Origin: a virus
Lineage: Duplodnaviria > Caudoviricetes
Direction: 5' to 3' (one strand)
Virus record (IMG/VR): IMGVR_UViG_3300033067_001759
Location: 1-39,498 of that record
DNA length: 39,498 bases
The number at the start of each line of letters is the position of its first letter. The stretch's first letter is position 1. This document shows, one piece after another, positions 27,152-37,134 of this stretch. The notes beneath the pieces were generated by a model. It did no database searches. It was not told the DNA's origin and saw only the letters and a program-made list of their open reading frames with translations. The position numbers and the translations under genes were made by a program.

Positions 27152-27457
27152 ATGATTTACTTCGATTCAGCAGATATATACATAGAAAGTGCTACATCTG
27201 TCAAAGATAAGATAACACGTATAAAAGCAGTTATTACTGCACTGGAAACAAGTGCTTTAAAGGCAGCTGCCAACGGAAATATTTCAGAATATTCATTAGA
27301 TGATGGGCAAACTAAGATAAAAACAGTATATAGAAATCCTACAGAAGTAGCAAATTCTATTTCTGCTTTTGAAACTATTTTACAACGGTATATTAATAAA
27401 CTAAATCCGCGAATCGTAAGATTAGTAGATCATAAAAATTTTAGAAATGGCAGATAA
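27152..27457 (+). CDS. Head-tail joining protein (gpW-like)
   Basis: Small protein directly before a lambda-type portal; EYSLDDGQ. Confidence 0.55.
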   Translation: MIYFDSADIYIESATSVKDKITRIKAVITALETSALKAAANGNISEYSLDDGQTKIKTVYRNPTEVANSISAFETILQRYINKLNPRIVRLVDHKNFRNGR

Positions 27458-29030
27458 CATTTTTACAAAAGCATGGCAATTAATTTTTCAGGACAATAAA
27501 CCGAAAAACAAGCCATCTATACAGTCATTTTATGGTGGTACAGGTAATTATAATCAGTTTGCTATTTCATTCAATGGTGAAAAAAATCTAGGTGAAATAG
27601 GACCGCTGCGTAATTATTCACTGGATTATGATGCTTTGAGAATTAGAAGTTTTCAATCTTATTTAGAATCAGAAATTTCCAAAACAGTACTGGATAAGTT
27701 TACACTTTGGAATGTTTCTAAAGGCTTAAAACTGCAATCTAATCCTGATAAAATTGCATTAGAATCAGAAGGTATTACCATAAATCCTGAATTATTTAAT
27801 GCTGTAACAGAAGCACGTTTTGCAGTATGGGCAAAATCTAAATATTCAACATTTTCCGGAAATGATAACCTTCATGAAATAGCTAAAGAAGCATTCAAAA
27901 ATTCAAAAATTGGCGGTGATGTTCTGGTAATTTTACGTCTGGTTAATAACACAGTAAATGTACAATTAATTGATGGTGCTCACGTTCAGTCACCAAATTA
28001 TGGAACTGATTTTTCACCAGCTAAAACTGCAGAAGGAAACTTTATTAAGCACGGAATTGAAATGTCACCATCAGGAAAACATGTTGCATATTGGATACGT
28101 ACTGAAACATTGAAATATGAACGAATTGAAGCTGTCAATTCCGCAACCGGATTAAAGCAGGCGTTTCTTGTTTATGGCAGTAAATTCAGAATAAATAATC
28201 ATCGCGGAATGCCACTAATTGCGGTATGTTTAGAAACGGTTAAAAAATTAGAACGCTATAAAGAAGCAACCGTTGGCAGCGCAGAAGAACGTCAAAAAAT
28301 TGCATATCAGATTGTTCACGATCAGCATTCAACCGGCGAAAGTCCATTAGTAAGTGCAATGGCACGCGCTAATGATATGGATGGCGATAGTGAGCATTTA
28401 CCAAAAGATATTAATGCAAAAGAACTTGCAAATACTGTAGCTGCTACAACCAATAAACAGACATTTAACATGCCTATTGGTTCTGAATTGAAAGCATTGG
28501 AATCAAAAAATGAACTATTCTTTAAAGAGTTTTATAGTACAAATGCAGATATCATTTGTTCAGCAGTAGGTATTCCGCCAAATGTTGCATTTTCTATTTA
28601 CAATGATAGTTTTTCCGCCAGCCGTGCAGCCACAAAAGATTGGGAACATACCATCACAGTAAATCGTGATAATTTTTCCATGCAGTTTTATCAGGAAATT
28701 TATAATTTTTGGTTGCATTTTGAAATTTTGAAAAATAAAATTCAAGCGCCTGGTTATTTGGTTTCATATTATGCCAATAACTGGATGGCTGTGGAGGCAT
28801 ATAGAAATGCACGTTTTACAGGTCCAATGTTCCCACACATAGATCCATTAAAAGAAGTAAATGCAGAACGTGCAAAACTAGGTGAATTAGCAGTGAATAT
28901 ACCATTAACTACTGTAGAATCTGCCACTGAAGCATTAAACAGTGGTGATTCAAATTCTAATATGGATCAGTTCGCAGAAGAATATAAAAAATCAAAAATT
29001 TTAGATATTCAGCCAGTTGCTGTTAATTAG
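27447..29030 (+). CDS. Portal protein, lambda family
   Basis: GLKLQSNP, GDVLVILR, HGIE, RGMPL, SFSASRAA, HIDPLKEVNA. Confidence 0.9.
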   Translation: MADNIFTKAWQLIFQDNKPKNKPSIQSFYGGTGNYNQFAISFNGEKNLGEIGPLRNYSLDYDALRIRSFQSYLESEISKTVLDKFTLWNVSKGLKLQSNPDKIALESEGITINPELFNAVTEARFAVWAKSKYSTFSGNDNLHEIAKEAFKNSKIGGDVLVILRLVNNTVNVQLIDGAHVQSPNYGTDFSPAKTAEGNFIKHGIEMSPSGKHVAYWIRTETLKYERIEAVNSATGLKQAFLVYGSKFRINNHRGMPLIAVCLETVKKLERYKEATVGSAEERQKIAYQIVHDQHSTGESPLVSAMARANDMDGDSEHLPKDINAKELANTVAATTNKQTFNMPIGSELKALESKNELFFKEFYSTNADIICSAVGIPPNVAFSIYNDSFSASRAATKDWEHTITVNRDNFSMQFYQEIYNFWLHFEILKNKIQAPGYLVSYYANNWMAVEAYRNARFTGPMFPHIDPLKEVNAERAKLGELAVNIPLTTVESATEALNSGDSNSNMDQFAEEYKKSKILDIQPVAVN

Positions 29031-29092
29031 TATTTTTTCATTGGTAAATAACCCATAAAAAAAACATGATAATAAAAGTGGATATACTTTTG
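29031..29092 (+). promoter_or_regulatory. Head-operon promoter with second copy of the 35-bp element
   Basis: 29031-29065 is identical to 16087-16121; TACTTTTG at 29085-29092 has the same spacing. Confidence 0.7.
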
Positions 29093-29099
29093 TTATCAA

Positions 29100-30104
29100 A
29101 TGGCAAAAGAAATTTTACTATACGGTACCATTGATTCATACAGTTCATCTGAATTCATAAAAGAATTCAATGATATTGATGATAACGAAGGTATTGAAGT
29201 AAGAGTTAATACGCCTGGTGGTTCACCTGAATACGGATTTGGAATGGTTTCTAAATTCGCAGAATACAAAGGTGACAAAAAAGTAAAAGTAGATGGTAAA
29301 GCTCATTCAATGGGCTTATTTTATTGTGTATATGCTGCAAAAGAAAATGTGGAAGCACTTGATGTTTCCGAATTTTTATTGCATCGTGCAGCTTATCCTG
29401 ACTGGGTTGAACGCGATAAAGAATATTTCAACGATGCAATGCGTACTAACCTGGAACGCATCAACAAATCACTTCGTACTGCTTTTGAAAACCGTGTGGA
29501 TGTTCCATTGTTTGAACAGTTAACCGGTTGTAAGGTGAAAGATGTGTTTTCTATGGATAGTAGATTAGACGTTACCTTCAGCGCAGCAGTTGCAAAAAAA
29601 ATTGGTTTGATTTCAAAAATCATTCCTATCACACCTGCTAAATCAGCAGAAATTAATACTTACTTATCGGCAGTTGTATCAAAAACATATGATATCGCTG
29701 CTTTTAATACTATTACGGTAGAAGAAAAAACAATCATTAAAAATTCAAATCAAAATAAAATGACATTAGAAGAATTAAAAGCACAGCATCCTGAAGCATA
29801 TGCAGCAGCAGTTGCAGTCGGAGTTTCAAAAGAAAATGACCGTGTAAAATCAATCATGGTATTTAACCATCTTGATCCTGCAGGATGCAAAGCGGCAATT
29901 GAATCCGGTAAAGATTTAACTGCTACACAAATGGCAGAATTTTCCCTGAAAGCAATGTCACCAGAAGCATTGAAAATAGCTGCACAACAGGCACCACCTG
30001 CTGTTAGCACCACTGCAGAAGAAACAGTTGAAAAAACTGCAGAACAAAAAAAGAATCTTGATTTTGAAGCTGAAGTAAAAAGGCATTTAGGTTTAGCAAA
30101 GTAA
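29100..30104 (+). CDS. ClpP-like prohead protease with C-terminal scaffold
   Basis: ILLYGTI, VRVNTPGGS, VDGKAHSMG (Ser), FLLHRA (His); tail MTLEELKAQHPEAY...ENDRVKSI. Confidence 0.85.
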   Translation: MAKEILLYGTIDSYSSSEFIKEFNDIDDNEGIEVRVNTPGGSPEYGFGMVSKFAEYKGDKKVKVDGKAHSMGLFYCVYAAKENVEALDVSEFLLHRAAYPDWVERDKEYFNDAMRTNLERINKSLRTAFENRVDVPLFEQLTGCKVKDVFSMDSRLDVTFSAAVAKKIGLISKIIPITPAKSAEINTYLSAVVSKTYDIAAFNTITVEEKTIIKNSNQNKMTLEELKAQHPEAYAAAVAVGVSKENDRVKSIMVFNHLDPAGCKAAIESGKDLTATQMAEFSLKAMSPEALKIAAQQAPPAVSTTAEETVEKTAEQKKNLDFEAEVKRHLGLAK

Positions 30105-30130
30105 TTTTTAATTAAAGAAAAAAATAAAGC

Positions 30131-30574
30131 ATGTCACAGGAAATAACATTGCAGAACGGAAATCAGTTAAACGTTAACACTGATACTACAAAAATATTTG
30201 TTTGGAACAACAGATATGATACAGCACAATCCACTACCAATTCAACTTACGATGATGTTACATGGCCAGCCGGTACATTATTGGGAAAAGTTTCTGCAAC
30301 TGGTTTGGTAAAACCATTGGCATCAGCTGCATCAGATGGCAGCCAATATCCAATTGGTATTTTGAAAGAAGATGCTGTAATTCCAGCCGGTGATTCATTG
30401 GTGCTTACATTCTGTGTAGCAGGCGATGTAGTAGAATCTAAAGTAGATTTAGCTGGTTCTGATACAATGGACACTGTTATCAGTGGAAGAAGCATCAGAG
30501 ATAGAATTGGTGCTGATACCGTTGGTATCAAATTGGTTGGATCAGATCAGTTAACTGCCACAGACAACGAATAA
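30131..30574 (+). CDS. Head decoration protein (gpD-like)
   Basis: GTLLGKV, ASDGSQYPIGIL; between protease and capsid. Confidence 0.8.
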   Translation: MSQEITLQNGNQLNVNTDTTKIFVWNNRYDTAQSTTNSTYDDVTWPAGTLLGKVSATGLVKPLASAASDGSQYPIGILKEDAVIPAGDSLVLTFCVAGDVVESKVDLAGSDTMDTVISGRSIRDRIGADTVGIKLVGSDQLTATDNE

Positions 30575-30612
30575 AGAAACATAAATTATTAAATAAAATT
30601 TAAACATAAAAA

Positions 30613-31674
30613 ATGGGTTCAATAGCAACAAGCGAAGCACGCGGTTTATACACTAAAATGATTGTGGATGTGTATAAAGAAAGAAATGTACCACAGTCTT
30701 TTTTGCGTTCTTTCTTCAAAGTAAAAGAATCAGCTACAAAACTGATTAGTGTGGAGGTTCAACGAGGAACTGAAAAAATCGCCGTAGATGTACAGCGTGG
30801 AACAGAAGGAAATCGAAATGCATTCGGCTTAAGCACTGAACGCATTATTTTACCGCCGTACTACCGCGAATATTTCGATGGTACAGATTTGGATTTGTAT
30901 GATCGTTTGTTTGGTGCTTCCGGTGAAGTAGATGCAGCCATCTTTTCACAGTTCATGGACACTGTTGCTGAAAAATACGGCATGTTGCAGGACAAAATTG
31001 ACCGTGCATACGAAAAACAATGTGCTGATGTATTTACAACAGGTGTTCTTACACTTGCTGACGGAAGCAAAATTGATTTCAAAAGAAAAGCGGAATCAAT
31101 TATCGATGTAGCTGACATCAATGCCAACAGACGTTGGACAGACAGCACAAACTCTAAACCGTTTACCGATTTAGAAAATGGTGCAAAATTCCTGCGTGAA
31201 AAAGGTAAATCATCCGGTTCTGTTATCAATGCAATCATGGGTGCAAAAGCACTGGCTGCATTCCTGGATAACACGAAAGTTCAAAGCCGTGCTGATATCA
31301 AAAATTTCAGCTTAGATATGATTTCTGCACCACAACGTAATTCAGTAGGTGCTTCTTACAATGGAAGTGTTTCTGCCGGTGCATACCGTGTAGATTTATG
31401 GTCATACCCAGAAATCTTTGAAAATGCATCAGGTGTTGCTACGCCATTCATTGAAGAAGAAAAAGTAATCTTATTGCCGGAAACACCACGTTTCACCATG
31501 GCATTCGCAGCAGTACCGCGTTTATTAAACGATGGTGCGCAGCCAATGAAAGGACAGTATGTGTTAGGCGATTACATCGATGAAAGAAATTCTGCACACA
31601 TCTTCGACATTAAGTCTGCAGGTGTAGCAGTACCGGTAGCAGTAGATCAAATCTACACTATGAAAGTTGCATAA
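30613..31674 (+). CDS. Major capsid protein, lambda gpE family
   Basis: 353 aa; FLRSFF, PPYYRE, IDRAYEKQCADVFTTG, IDFKR, W......PF.DL. Confidence 0.9.
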   Translation: MGSIATSEARGLYTKMIVDVYKERNVPQSFLRSFFKVKESATKLISVEVQRGTEKIAVDVQRGTEGNRNAFGLSTERIILPPYYREYFDGTDLDLYDRLFGASGEVDAAIFSQFMDTVAEKYGMLQDKIDRAYEKQCADVFTTGVLTLADGSKIDFKRKAESIIDVADINANRRWTDSTNSKPFTDLENGAKFLREKGKSSGSVINAIMGAKALAAFLDNTKVQSRADIKNFSLDMISAPQRNSVGASYNGSVSAGAYRVDLWSYPEIFENASGVATPFIEEEKVILLPETPRFTMAFAAVPRLLNDGAQPMKGQYVLGDYIDERNSAHIFDIKSAGVAVPVAVDQIYTMKVA

Positions 31675-31699
31675 TTGCGCGCTGTTGTATAAATATTTT

Positions 31700-31729
31700 A
31701 AAGGCGAATGTAACTATTCGCCTTTTTTT
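31700..31729 (+). terminator. Rho-independent terminator after the capsid gene
   Basis: AAAGGCGAAT-gtaact-ATTCGCCTTT followed by a T run. Confidence 0.85.
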
Positions 31730-31742
31730 CTAAGTAGTAAGT

Positions 31743-32111
31743 ATGGGTTTAATAGATCAGGCAAAAGCAGACATCGCACAGATTACATCCAACTTGGATG
31801 ATTTTGCTGTAGAAATAAAGTTGACGGCACCTGACGGCACCGAAAAAAATATAACCGGGCTGCATACAAAAATTCATTTAGGTGTAGATACCGATGGAAT
31901 GCCGGTAAACAGCAGAAAAGCGCATATATCATTCAGTGAAGTGAATATAACGAATTACCCGATGCGCAATAGCCGCGGCGAAGTGGATTTAAGAAACCAT
32001 AATATGGAAGTAAAGGATTCTACAGGTATAACTAAAAAATATACTATTAATCAATTCTTCCCGGATGAAACCATTGGACTGATTGTTTGTATTGTTGAAG
32101 ATTACGAATAA
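31743..32111 (+). CDS. Head closure / head-tail connector protein
   Basis: 122 aa, beta-rich, directly after the capsid gene. Confidence 0.55.
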   Translation: MGLIDQAKADIAQITSNLDDFAVEIKLTAPDGTEKNITGLHTKIHLGVDTDGMPVNSRKAHISFSEVNITNYPMRNSRGEVDLRNHNMEVKDSTGITKKYTINQFFPDETIGLIVCIVEDYE

Positions 32112-32716
32112 TGGCAAAAATAGAAACTATCATACAACCTCAGAATTACGAAATCATACGTGATAGGATAGGTGCTGTTATTTTTACAGAAATAAAAAAT
32201 CAGTTGCAGCTTTCTAATAATAATATTTTGCAATGCGATGTATTTGTAGAACGCAATACGCCGGTAGATAAAGTGGAAGTGCCAACCATTATCATATCAT
32301 TGGCCAGTGGAAATTACGACAGTAAAAATCAAAGCAGTGTACGCGGTACCTATGAATTCTTTGTGGATGTCTATACATCTGCAATTTCAAACAATGCAGC
32401 TGATGGTGCCGTACGTGCTGCATTTATCCTGCAACGTATTTTAGGTATTTGCCGCTATATTTTAGAGCATCCGGCATATAAGACGCTGGATTTTGCCAAT
32501 CCGCTGATATCGCATACCAGCATAAAATCATTAAATATACGGCAGATGCAGGGAAACGATGCGATGAACACAGCTATGGGCCGTCTGGCTTTTACAGTGA
32601 TAGCAAATGAAGACAATGGCTTCCAGTGTGCCTGTGAACTGGCAGATTATTACACCAGCGTAAAAATTGATACATCAAATCAGGGATTTGTATACTTAAC
32701 CGAACAAACAGCATAA
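32111..32716 (+). CDS. Tail terminator / neck protein
   Basis: IRDRIGAVI..E, PTIIISL, YEFFVDVY pattern and position. Confidence 0.55.
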   Translation: MAKIETIIQPQNYEIIRDRIGAVIFTEIKNQLQLSNNNILQCDVFVERNTPVDKVEVPTIIISLASGNYDSKNQSSVRGTYEFFVDVYTSAISNNAADGAVRAAFILQRILGICRYILEHPAYKTLDFANPLISHTSIKSLNIRQMQGNDAMNTAMGRLAFTVIANEDNGFQCACELADYYTSVKIDTSNQGFVYLTEQTA

Positions 32717-32717
32717 A

Positions 32718-33071
32718 ATGGCATGTCAGGAAGATAGAATAGAATGTGTAAAAGGAAATAGCATTGATGGAATTGATGTTGAACTGCTGGTTAATGATCA
32801 GCCTAAAAGTTTGGCATATACTGACATTGAAGCCATATTTACTTATGAACCGCAGCTTACTATTAGCACCTATAAAGAAACATTACCGGCGTCTAAAACA
32901 TTTACCATTGATGATGGAATATCAGATGTGATAGAAGCGCAAGGAAAATATACAATTTTGAAAAATACCGTTCTGGACTGGGAAAAAGGAAAATGGAATT
33001 TTGCAGTTACTTATACTTTTCCAAATGAAACGATTAAAACATGGACATTTGGCACACTATGGATAATATAA
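32718..33071 (+). CDS. BppU-like fibre adaptor protein
   Basis: KGNS...D.......G.W......T...G.L pattern; precedes the fibre gene. Confidence 0.4.
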   Translation: MACQEDRIECVKGNSIDGIDVELLVNDQPKSLAYTDIEAIFTYEPQLTISTYKETLPASKTFTIDDGISDVIEAQGKYTILKNTVLDWEKGKWNFAVTYTFPNETIKTWTFGTLWII

Positions 33072-34831
33072 TTTCAAACATAACAGCGCAAAGAATTTCA
33101 GTAAAAAGCATTATTACTGAAGGATTAAGATCTGTTGCTGTGGATGGTACTACTATTACCGGGGATGGTACTCCTGGTAATCCATTAGTTTCTTCCGGTG
33201 GAGGTGGTGGCGGTGCCGTAGATTCTGTAAATGGTCATACTGGTGTTGTTCTTTTAAACACTGGTGATATTTCTTCTGTAAGTGATTTACGATACGTTAC
33301 AGATGCACAATTAGTAGTATTAGGAAATACAAGCGGAACAAATACAGGTGATAACGCTACAAACTCACAGTATAGCGGATTAGCTACAAGTAAGGAAGAT
33401 GCAGCCAATAAAAGTACAAGTGTAGTTACAGATCAAGCCAGTAACACTAAATATCCGAGTGTAAAAGCGGTTTACGATTGGGTAATTTCTTTGGGTTACA
33501 TTACAGCATCTGCATTAACTAATTATCTGCAAAAAAACGTTGCTATAACAGGTGCAACAAAGACAAAAATTACTTATGATGCTAATGGGCTTGTAACAAG
33601 TGGTGCAGATGCTACTACTGCTGACATAGCAGACAGTACAGATAAGCGTTATGTTACAGATGCACAATTAGTAGTAGTAGGTAACACATCCGGAACTAAC
33701 ACTGGTGACAATGCCACAAATTTACAATATAGCGGACTTGTAAGTAATGCTACACATACAGGCGAAGTAACAGGCGCAACGGCATTAACCGTAGATAAAA
33801 CCGCAATAAGTAATAAAACCGCAGCAACTATTGTTGGAACTGATTATGTATTATTTGGCGACACTTCGGATAGTAATAATCTTAAAAAAGGTTTAGTTTC
33901 TGATATAGTTGCATTAGTTAGTGGTACAGCTTTAAATTCTATTACTGCTGCATCAGCAGTAAATACAATAGACAACGGTAATTTTCAACAAGAATGGCGT
34001 TGGAATAGTTTGCAAAGCAATACAGGTTTAAAAATAAGCTCATCAAGTGGCGGTTTATTAAATACGCAGAACAGATTATTTGAATGTGAACTAACAGGAA
34101 TAATGGCAGGAACAGGTAATTCATCTTATGCAGGTTATTTCAGAAATACACAAACATTAGGCAATAATTTTGGAATTTATGCAGAGGGTGTGACATCTGC
34201 TATTCAGTCTAATGGCTCAATAAATATAACTTCAGGCGCATTACAATTAGGTGGTTCAAGTGGTGCCTTGTTTTATAGGCTTTCAGGAAATACATATTTA
34301 CAAGCTTCAAATTCTCAAGGATTAGTGTTAGAGTCTGGAAATGGTGTTAACTACCTTAGAGGTGGAACTGATGAAAATATGTTTGTTGCATCTCGAAAAA
34401 CTTTAAATCAAAGATACGTTTTAGGTATTGGCGGTTCTGCTTATCAAAGTTCCAATTATATATCTGCATACACAACGGCAACGGTAATTGAGAGAGATTT
34501 GGGTAAATTGATTTTTTCAGCAAACACAGGATTAGCGGGTGGCTTTGCTTCATTCACTCCTAATAACGTTATGACAATAAACGGTGGTGCTACAGAAGCG
34601 ACATCTAATGTAGGTATAGGAACGACCTCACCAGTTGCTTCTGCAAAATTAGAAGTTAGTTCTACTAAATCTGGTTTTTTACCACCACGAATGACAGCAA
34701 CACAGGCGAGTGCAATTAGTTCACCTGCTAAAGGTTTGATTTTGTATGCAACAGACACAAATGGAACTTTTACAAGTGCAGGATTATGGATGTATAACGG
34801 TACAATTTGGAAATTAATTTTAGCAGAATAA
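33059..34831 (+). CDS. Tail fibre / receptor-binding protein
   Basis: VDGTTITGDGT, VDSVNGHTGVV, KITYDANGLVTSG, internal repeats, C-terminal NVGIGTTSP...LEVSSTKSGFLPPRMT. Confidence 0.8.
   Translation: MDNIISNITAQRISVKSIITEGLRSVAVDGTTITGDGTPGNPLVSSGGGGGGAVDSVNGHTGVVLLNTGDISSVSDLRYVTDAQLVVLGNTSGTNTGDNATNSQYSGLATSKEDAANKSTSVVTDQASNTKYPSVKAVYDWVISLGYITASALTNYLQKNVAITGATKTKITYDANGLVTSGADATTADIADSTDKRYVTDAQLVVVGNTSGTNTGDNATNLQYSGLVSNATHTGEVTGATALTVDKTAISNKTAATIVGTDYVLFGDTSDSNNLKKGLVSDIVALVSGTALNSITAASAVNTIDNGNFQQEWRWNSLQSNTGLKISSSSGGLLNTQNRLFECELTGIMAGTGNSSYAGYFRNTQTLGNNFGIYAEGVTSAIQSNGSINITSGALQLGGSSGALFYRLSGNTYLQASNSQGLVLESGNGVNYLRGGTDENMFVASRKTLNQRYVLGIGGSAYQSSNYISAYTTATVIERDLGKLIFSANTGLAGGFASFTPNNVMTINGGATEATSNVGIGTTSPVASAKLEVSSTKSGFLPPRMTATQASAISSPAKGLILYATDTNGTFTSAGLWMYNGTIWKLILAE
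33290..33739 (+). repeat. Two copies of a 31-aa fibre repeat (approx. 33290-33382 and 33647-33739)
   Basis: RYVTDAQLVV(L/V)GNTSGTNTGDNATN(S/L)QYSGL occurs twice. Confidence 0.85.
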
Positions 34832-34841
34832 AAACTAAAAT

Positions 34842-34991
34842 ATGTCAAACGAAGAAATATTAAAACAGGCACAGGAAATACAAGAGCAGCAGAAAAAAGA
34901 AAATGCGCAGAATTTTCAAAAAGAGTTATCGGAATTACTAAAAAAGTATAACGTACAATTATTGCCACAAATAATAATACAATCACTATGA
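34842..34991 (+). CDS. 49-aa coiled-coil protein, possible fibre chaperone (not in ORF track)
   Basis: MSNEEILKQAQEIQEQQKKENAQNFQKELSELLKKYNVQLLPQIIIQSL; ATGA overlap with the next gene. Confidence 0.6.
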   Translation: MSNEEILKQAQEIQEQQKKENAQNFQKELSELLKKYNVQLLPQIIIQSL

Positions 34992-35422
34992 AATTAAAAA
35001 TAACAAACCGAGAAATATTTTTTGCCACACATAGCTGTTGGTCAGAATTACCGTTTCTGTTGCAAATACAACTTAACAAATTAGTGAATGAAAATTCGGC
35101 AGATGACTATCTGCAAGAAATTGATATAGATGCGGATTCATTTATAAAGGTAATGTTGGCTACTAATTCACAACCTCAAGGCGTTGCTAAAGACATAAAC
35201 CCAGCAATGCATATTAGTTTGAAACAACAGATTAAAGACATCGCATATCCTATATTGCAACAGTTGCATGAGTTCACGGATGTTGAATTGTTGGAAGCAT
35301 TCAAATTGGAAAACAAAGAAATTTTAACAATAGCTGAAAGAGTACAATCTATATTATCGGAAAACGAAGCAGTTTTAGATTCAAAAATACTAAGCGGTAA
35401 AAATCAGATTTTAGGAAAATGA
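34988..35422 (+). CDS. Hypothetical protein
   Basis: 144-aa ORF coupled on both sides. Confidence 0.65.
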   Translation: MKLKITNREIFFATHSCWSELPFLLQIQLNKLVNENSADDYLQEIDIDADSFIKVMLATNSQPQGVAKDINPAMHISLKQQIKDIAYPILQQLHEFTDVELLEAFKLENKEILTIAERVQSILSENEAVLDSKILSGKNQILGK

Positions 35423-35820
35423 CAACAACCTTAATCATAATATCAATTGTATTTGCCGTGCTTGCTCACGCTTTTTCCGCTATTTCAGGCTATGCAAAAA
35501 TGATATGTGATTTAAGTGAAGAAGAAAAATTGAATAAAACACCTTTCGAGTATTGGCATAAGCGTTTAAGCAGTAAAAACAAGCACCAATACACAGGTAA
35601 AATAAAAGTCTGGTTAATGAAAAATTTACTGGTAATGTTTACAGACGGCTGGCACAAATACCAGTTCGTGCTTACTATCTGTTTGCTTGTTTCAGGTTTC
35701 TTAGTTGGTTTTATTTCCGGTAAAATAACACCTTACTATTCATTCATGTTGCTTTCTGTTTACTTTGTAAGAACACTAACATTTCATTTATTGTACACAT
35801 CTAAAAAATACAGGTTATGA
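35419..35820 (+). CDS. Membrane protein (FTDGWH motif)
   Basis: Three hydrophobic segments; W......KNK...FTDGWH. Confidence 0.65.
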   Translation: MTTTLIIISIVFAVLAHAFSAISGYAKMICDLSEEEKLNKTPFEYWHKRLSSKNKHQYTGKIKVWLMKNLLVMFTDGWHKYQFVLTICLLVSGFLVGFISGKITPYYSFMLLSVYFVRTLTFHLLYTSKKYRL

Positions 35821-36029
35821 TCTTAGAAGTCTTATACAACCATCCATTACCAATAGGCGCAATTATAGCGTGTGTAATTGGTTTGATTATCGGAGCCGGC
35901 TTATTTGTCGGCAACACTATTTTGATTCAAAAAGAAATTGTCAAGAAGCTGGCTGCAGTTGTTTTCTACTTGCTGTCATTTGCAATTATAGCAGCATCTA
36001 TTTTTTCACTCGTAAAAGCAGTACAATGA
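35817..36029 (+). CDS. Small two-TM membrane protein
   Basis: Two hydrophobic helices; ATGA-coupled. Confidence 0.6.
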   Translation: MILEVLYNHPLPIGAIIACVIGLIIGAGLFVGNTILIQKEIVKKLAAVVFYLLSFAIIAASIFSLVKAVQ

Positions 36030-36397
36030 CACCATTACAAATTATGTTAGTCGGATTTGTTGGCTTTATAACTTTTAAGTTAGCCAACTTTACAGCAAGC
36101 GGCAAACGTGCCGAATATTCACCAGAAAAATTTGATATAAAGTATTGGTTTTCTGACAGAGGAAATTGGAATGATTTACTCTTTGGATTGGTTGTATTTG
36201 CGGTAATAGCAAGGTACAAAGAACAATTATTTACAGCATTTGCCGGAAATTTTATAGTTGATTTTTTTACACCATATAAAGATACAGAGTTCTTTTATTT
36301 TGGATTAGGATTCACTATGACATTTATACTAATGCTGATTAGAATGCTAATAGATAAAATTAAGTCAACTATAAAACTTTTGAAGAAAACAAAATAA
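36026..36397 (+). CDS. Holin-like membrane protein
   Basis: Starts MTPLQIMLVGFVGF; three TM segments and a basic C-terminus; lysis region. Confidence 0.5.
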   Translation: MTPLQIMLVGFVGFITFKLANFTASGKRAEYSPEKFDIKYWFSDRGNWNDLLFGLVVFAVIARYKEQLFTAFAGNFIVDFFTPYKDTEFFYFGLGFTMTFILMLIRMLIDKIKSTIKLLKKTK

Positions 36398-36446
36398 TCC
36401 GTCAGTTCCTTAGAAGCGTAAGAACCCTATAAAACGCTACAAAGAA

Positions 36447-37133
36447 ATGACAGCAATAATTAAAAAAGTCTATCCAAATATTTTTCAAGAAATTGAAAAT
36501 CTATATCATAAAATGACATTAGACACTAACAACATAATCGAAAATGTTTTCAAGCTTATTGGCGGTGCTTTAGGCGTAAAGTTGTTTGATTACTGGATTG
36601 AAAGATATAAGGAAAGAAAAAATAAAATACAGACCGATGTAATTTTAGCGAATCTAAAAGACATTTCAGATATGAATGTGATTATGTCTGATGTGGTTGC
36701 TAAAACTTCAGCAACAAGATTTTTAATTTTCAGAGGTCACGATTCCGGCAGCGTTCCTAATCCAAAGCATCCGTATTATACAAAGTGTTTATGGCAGCAA
36801 ACAAAGGATGGTTCCGAATTAAACAAACTTAGAAATAAGTATGAAAGCATTCAGGTGGATGTTCCATATATCAACATGATGATTCAAGTTTTGGTAAATG
36901 GATTTACAAAGCTGTCTCTTGAAAAAATGGAAGATTCAATGCTAAAAAATCTGTACTTAGATGAAAACATAAAGTATTCAGAAATCTATTTTTTAGCACA
37001 GGAAAAAAGTAACTACATATACTACTGTTCAGTAGCTACCAATGTAAAAAATACAGATTTCAGCGACAAACACGAAAGAGTTGAAATTGATTTGGCAATT
37101 AATAAATTACGGCAAATTTTTAAAAAGATTTAA
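36447..37133 (+). CDS. Membrane-anchored protein with soluble C-terminal domain (holin/antiholin-region protein)
   Basis: Short hydrophobic segment then a roughly 170-aa globular domain; lysis region. Confidence 0.5.
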   Translation: MTAIIKKVYPNIFQEIENLYHKMTLDTNNIIENVFKLIGGALGVKLFDYWIERYKERKNKIQTDVILANLKDISDMNVIMSDVVAKTSATRFLIFRGHDSGSVPNPKHPYYTKCLWQQTKDGSELNKLRNKYESIQVDVPYINMMIQVLVNGFTKLSLEKMEDSMLKNLYLDENIKYSEIYFLAQEKSNYIYYCSVATNVKNTDFSDKHERVEIDLAINKLRQIFKKI

Positions 37134-37134
37134 A

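Noticed and set aside
33059-34831. Diversity-generating retroelement target
   Set aside because: No reverse transcriptase in the window. The repeat copies are in-frame internal repeats with mostly synonymous differences, not adenine-specific TR/VR pairs.
16124-37134. Extended starts at 16124, 23375, 35870 and 37081
   Set aside because: They overlap promoters or upstream genes. Downstream ATGs at 16181, 23528, 36026 and 37135 fit coupling and signal-peptide positions better.
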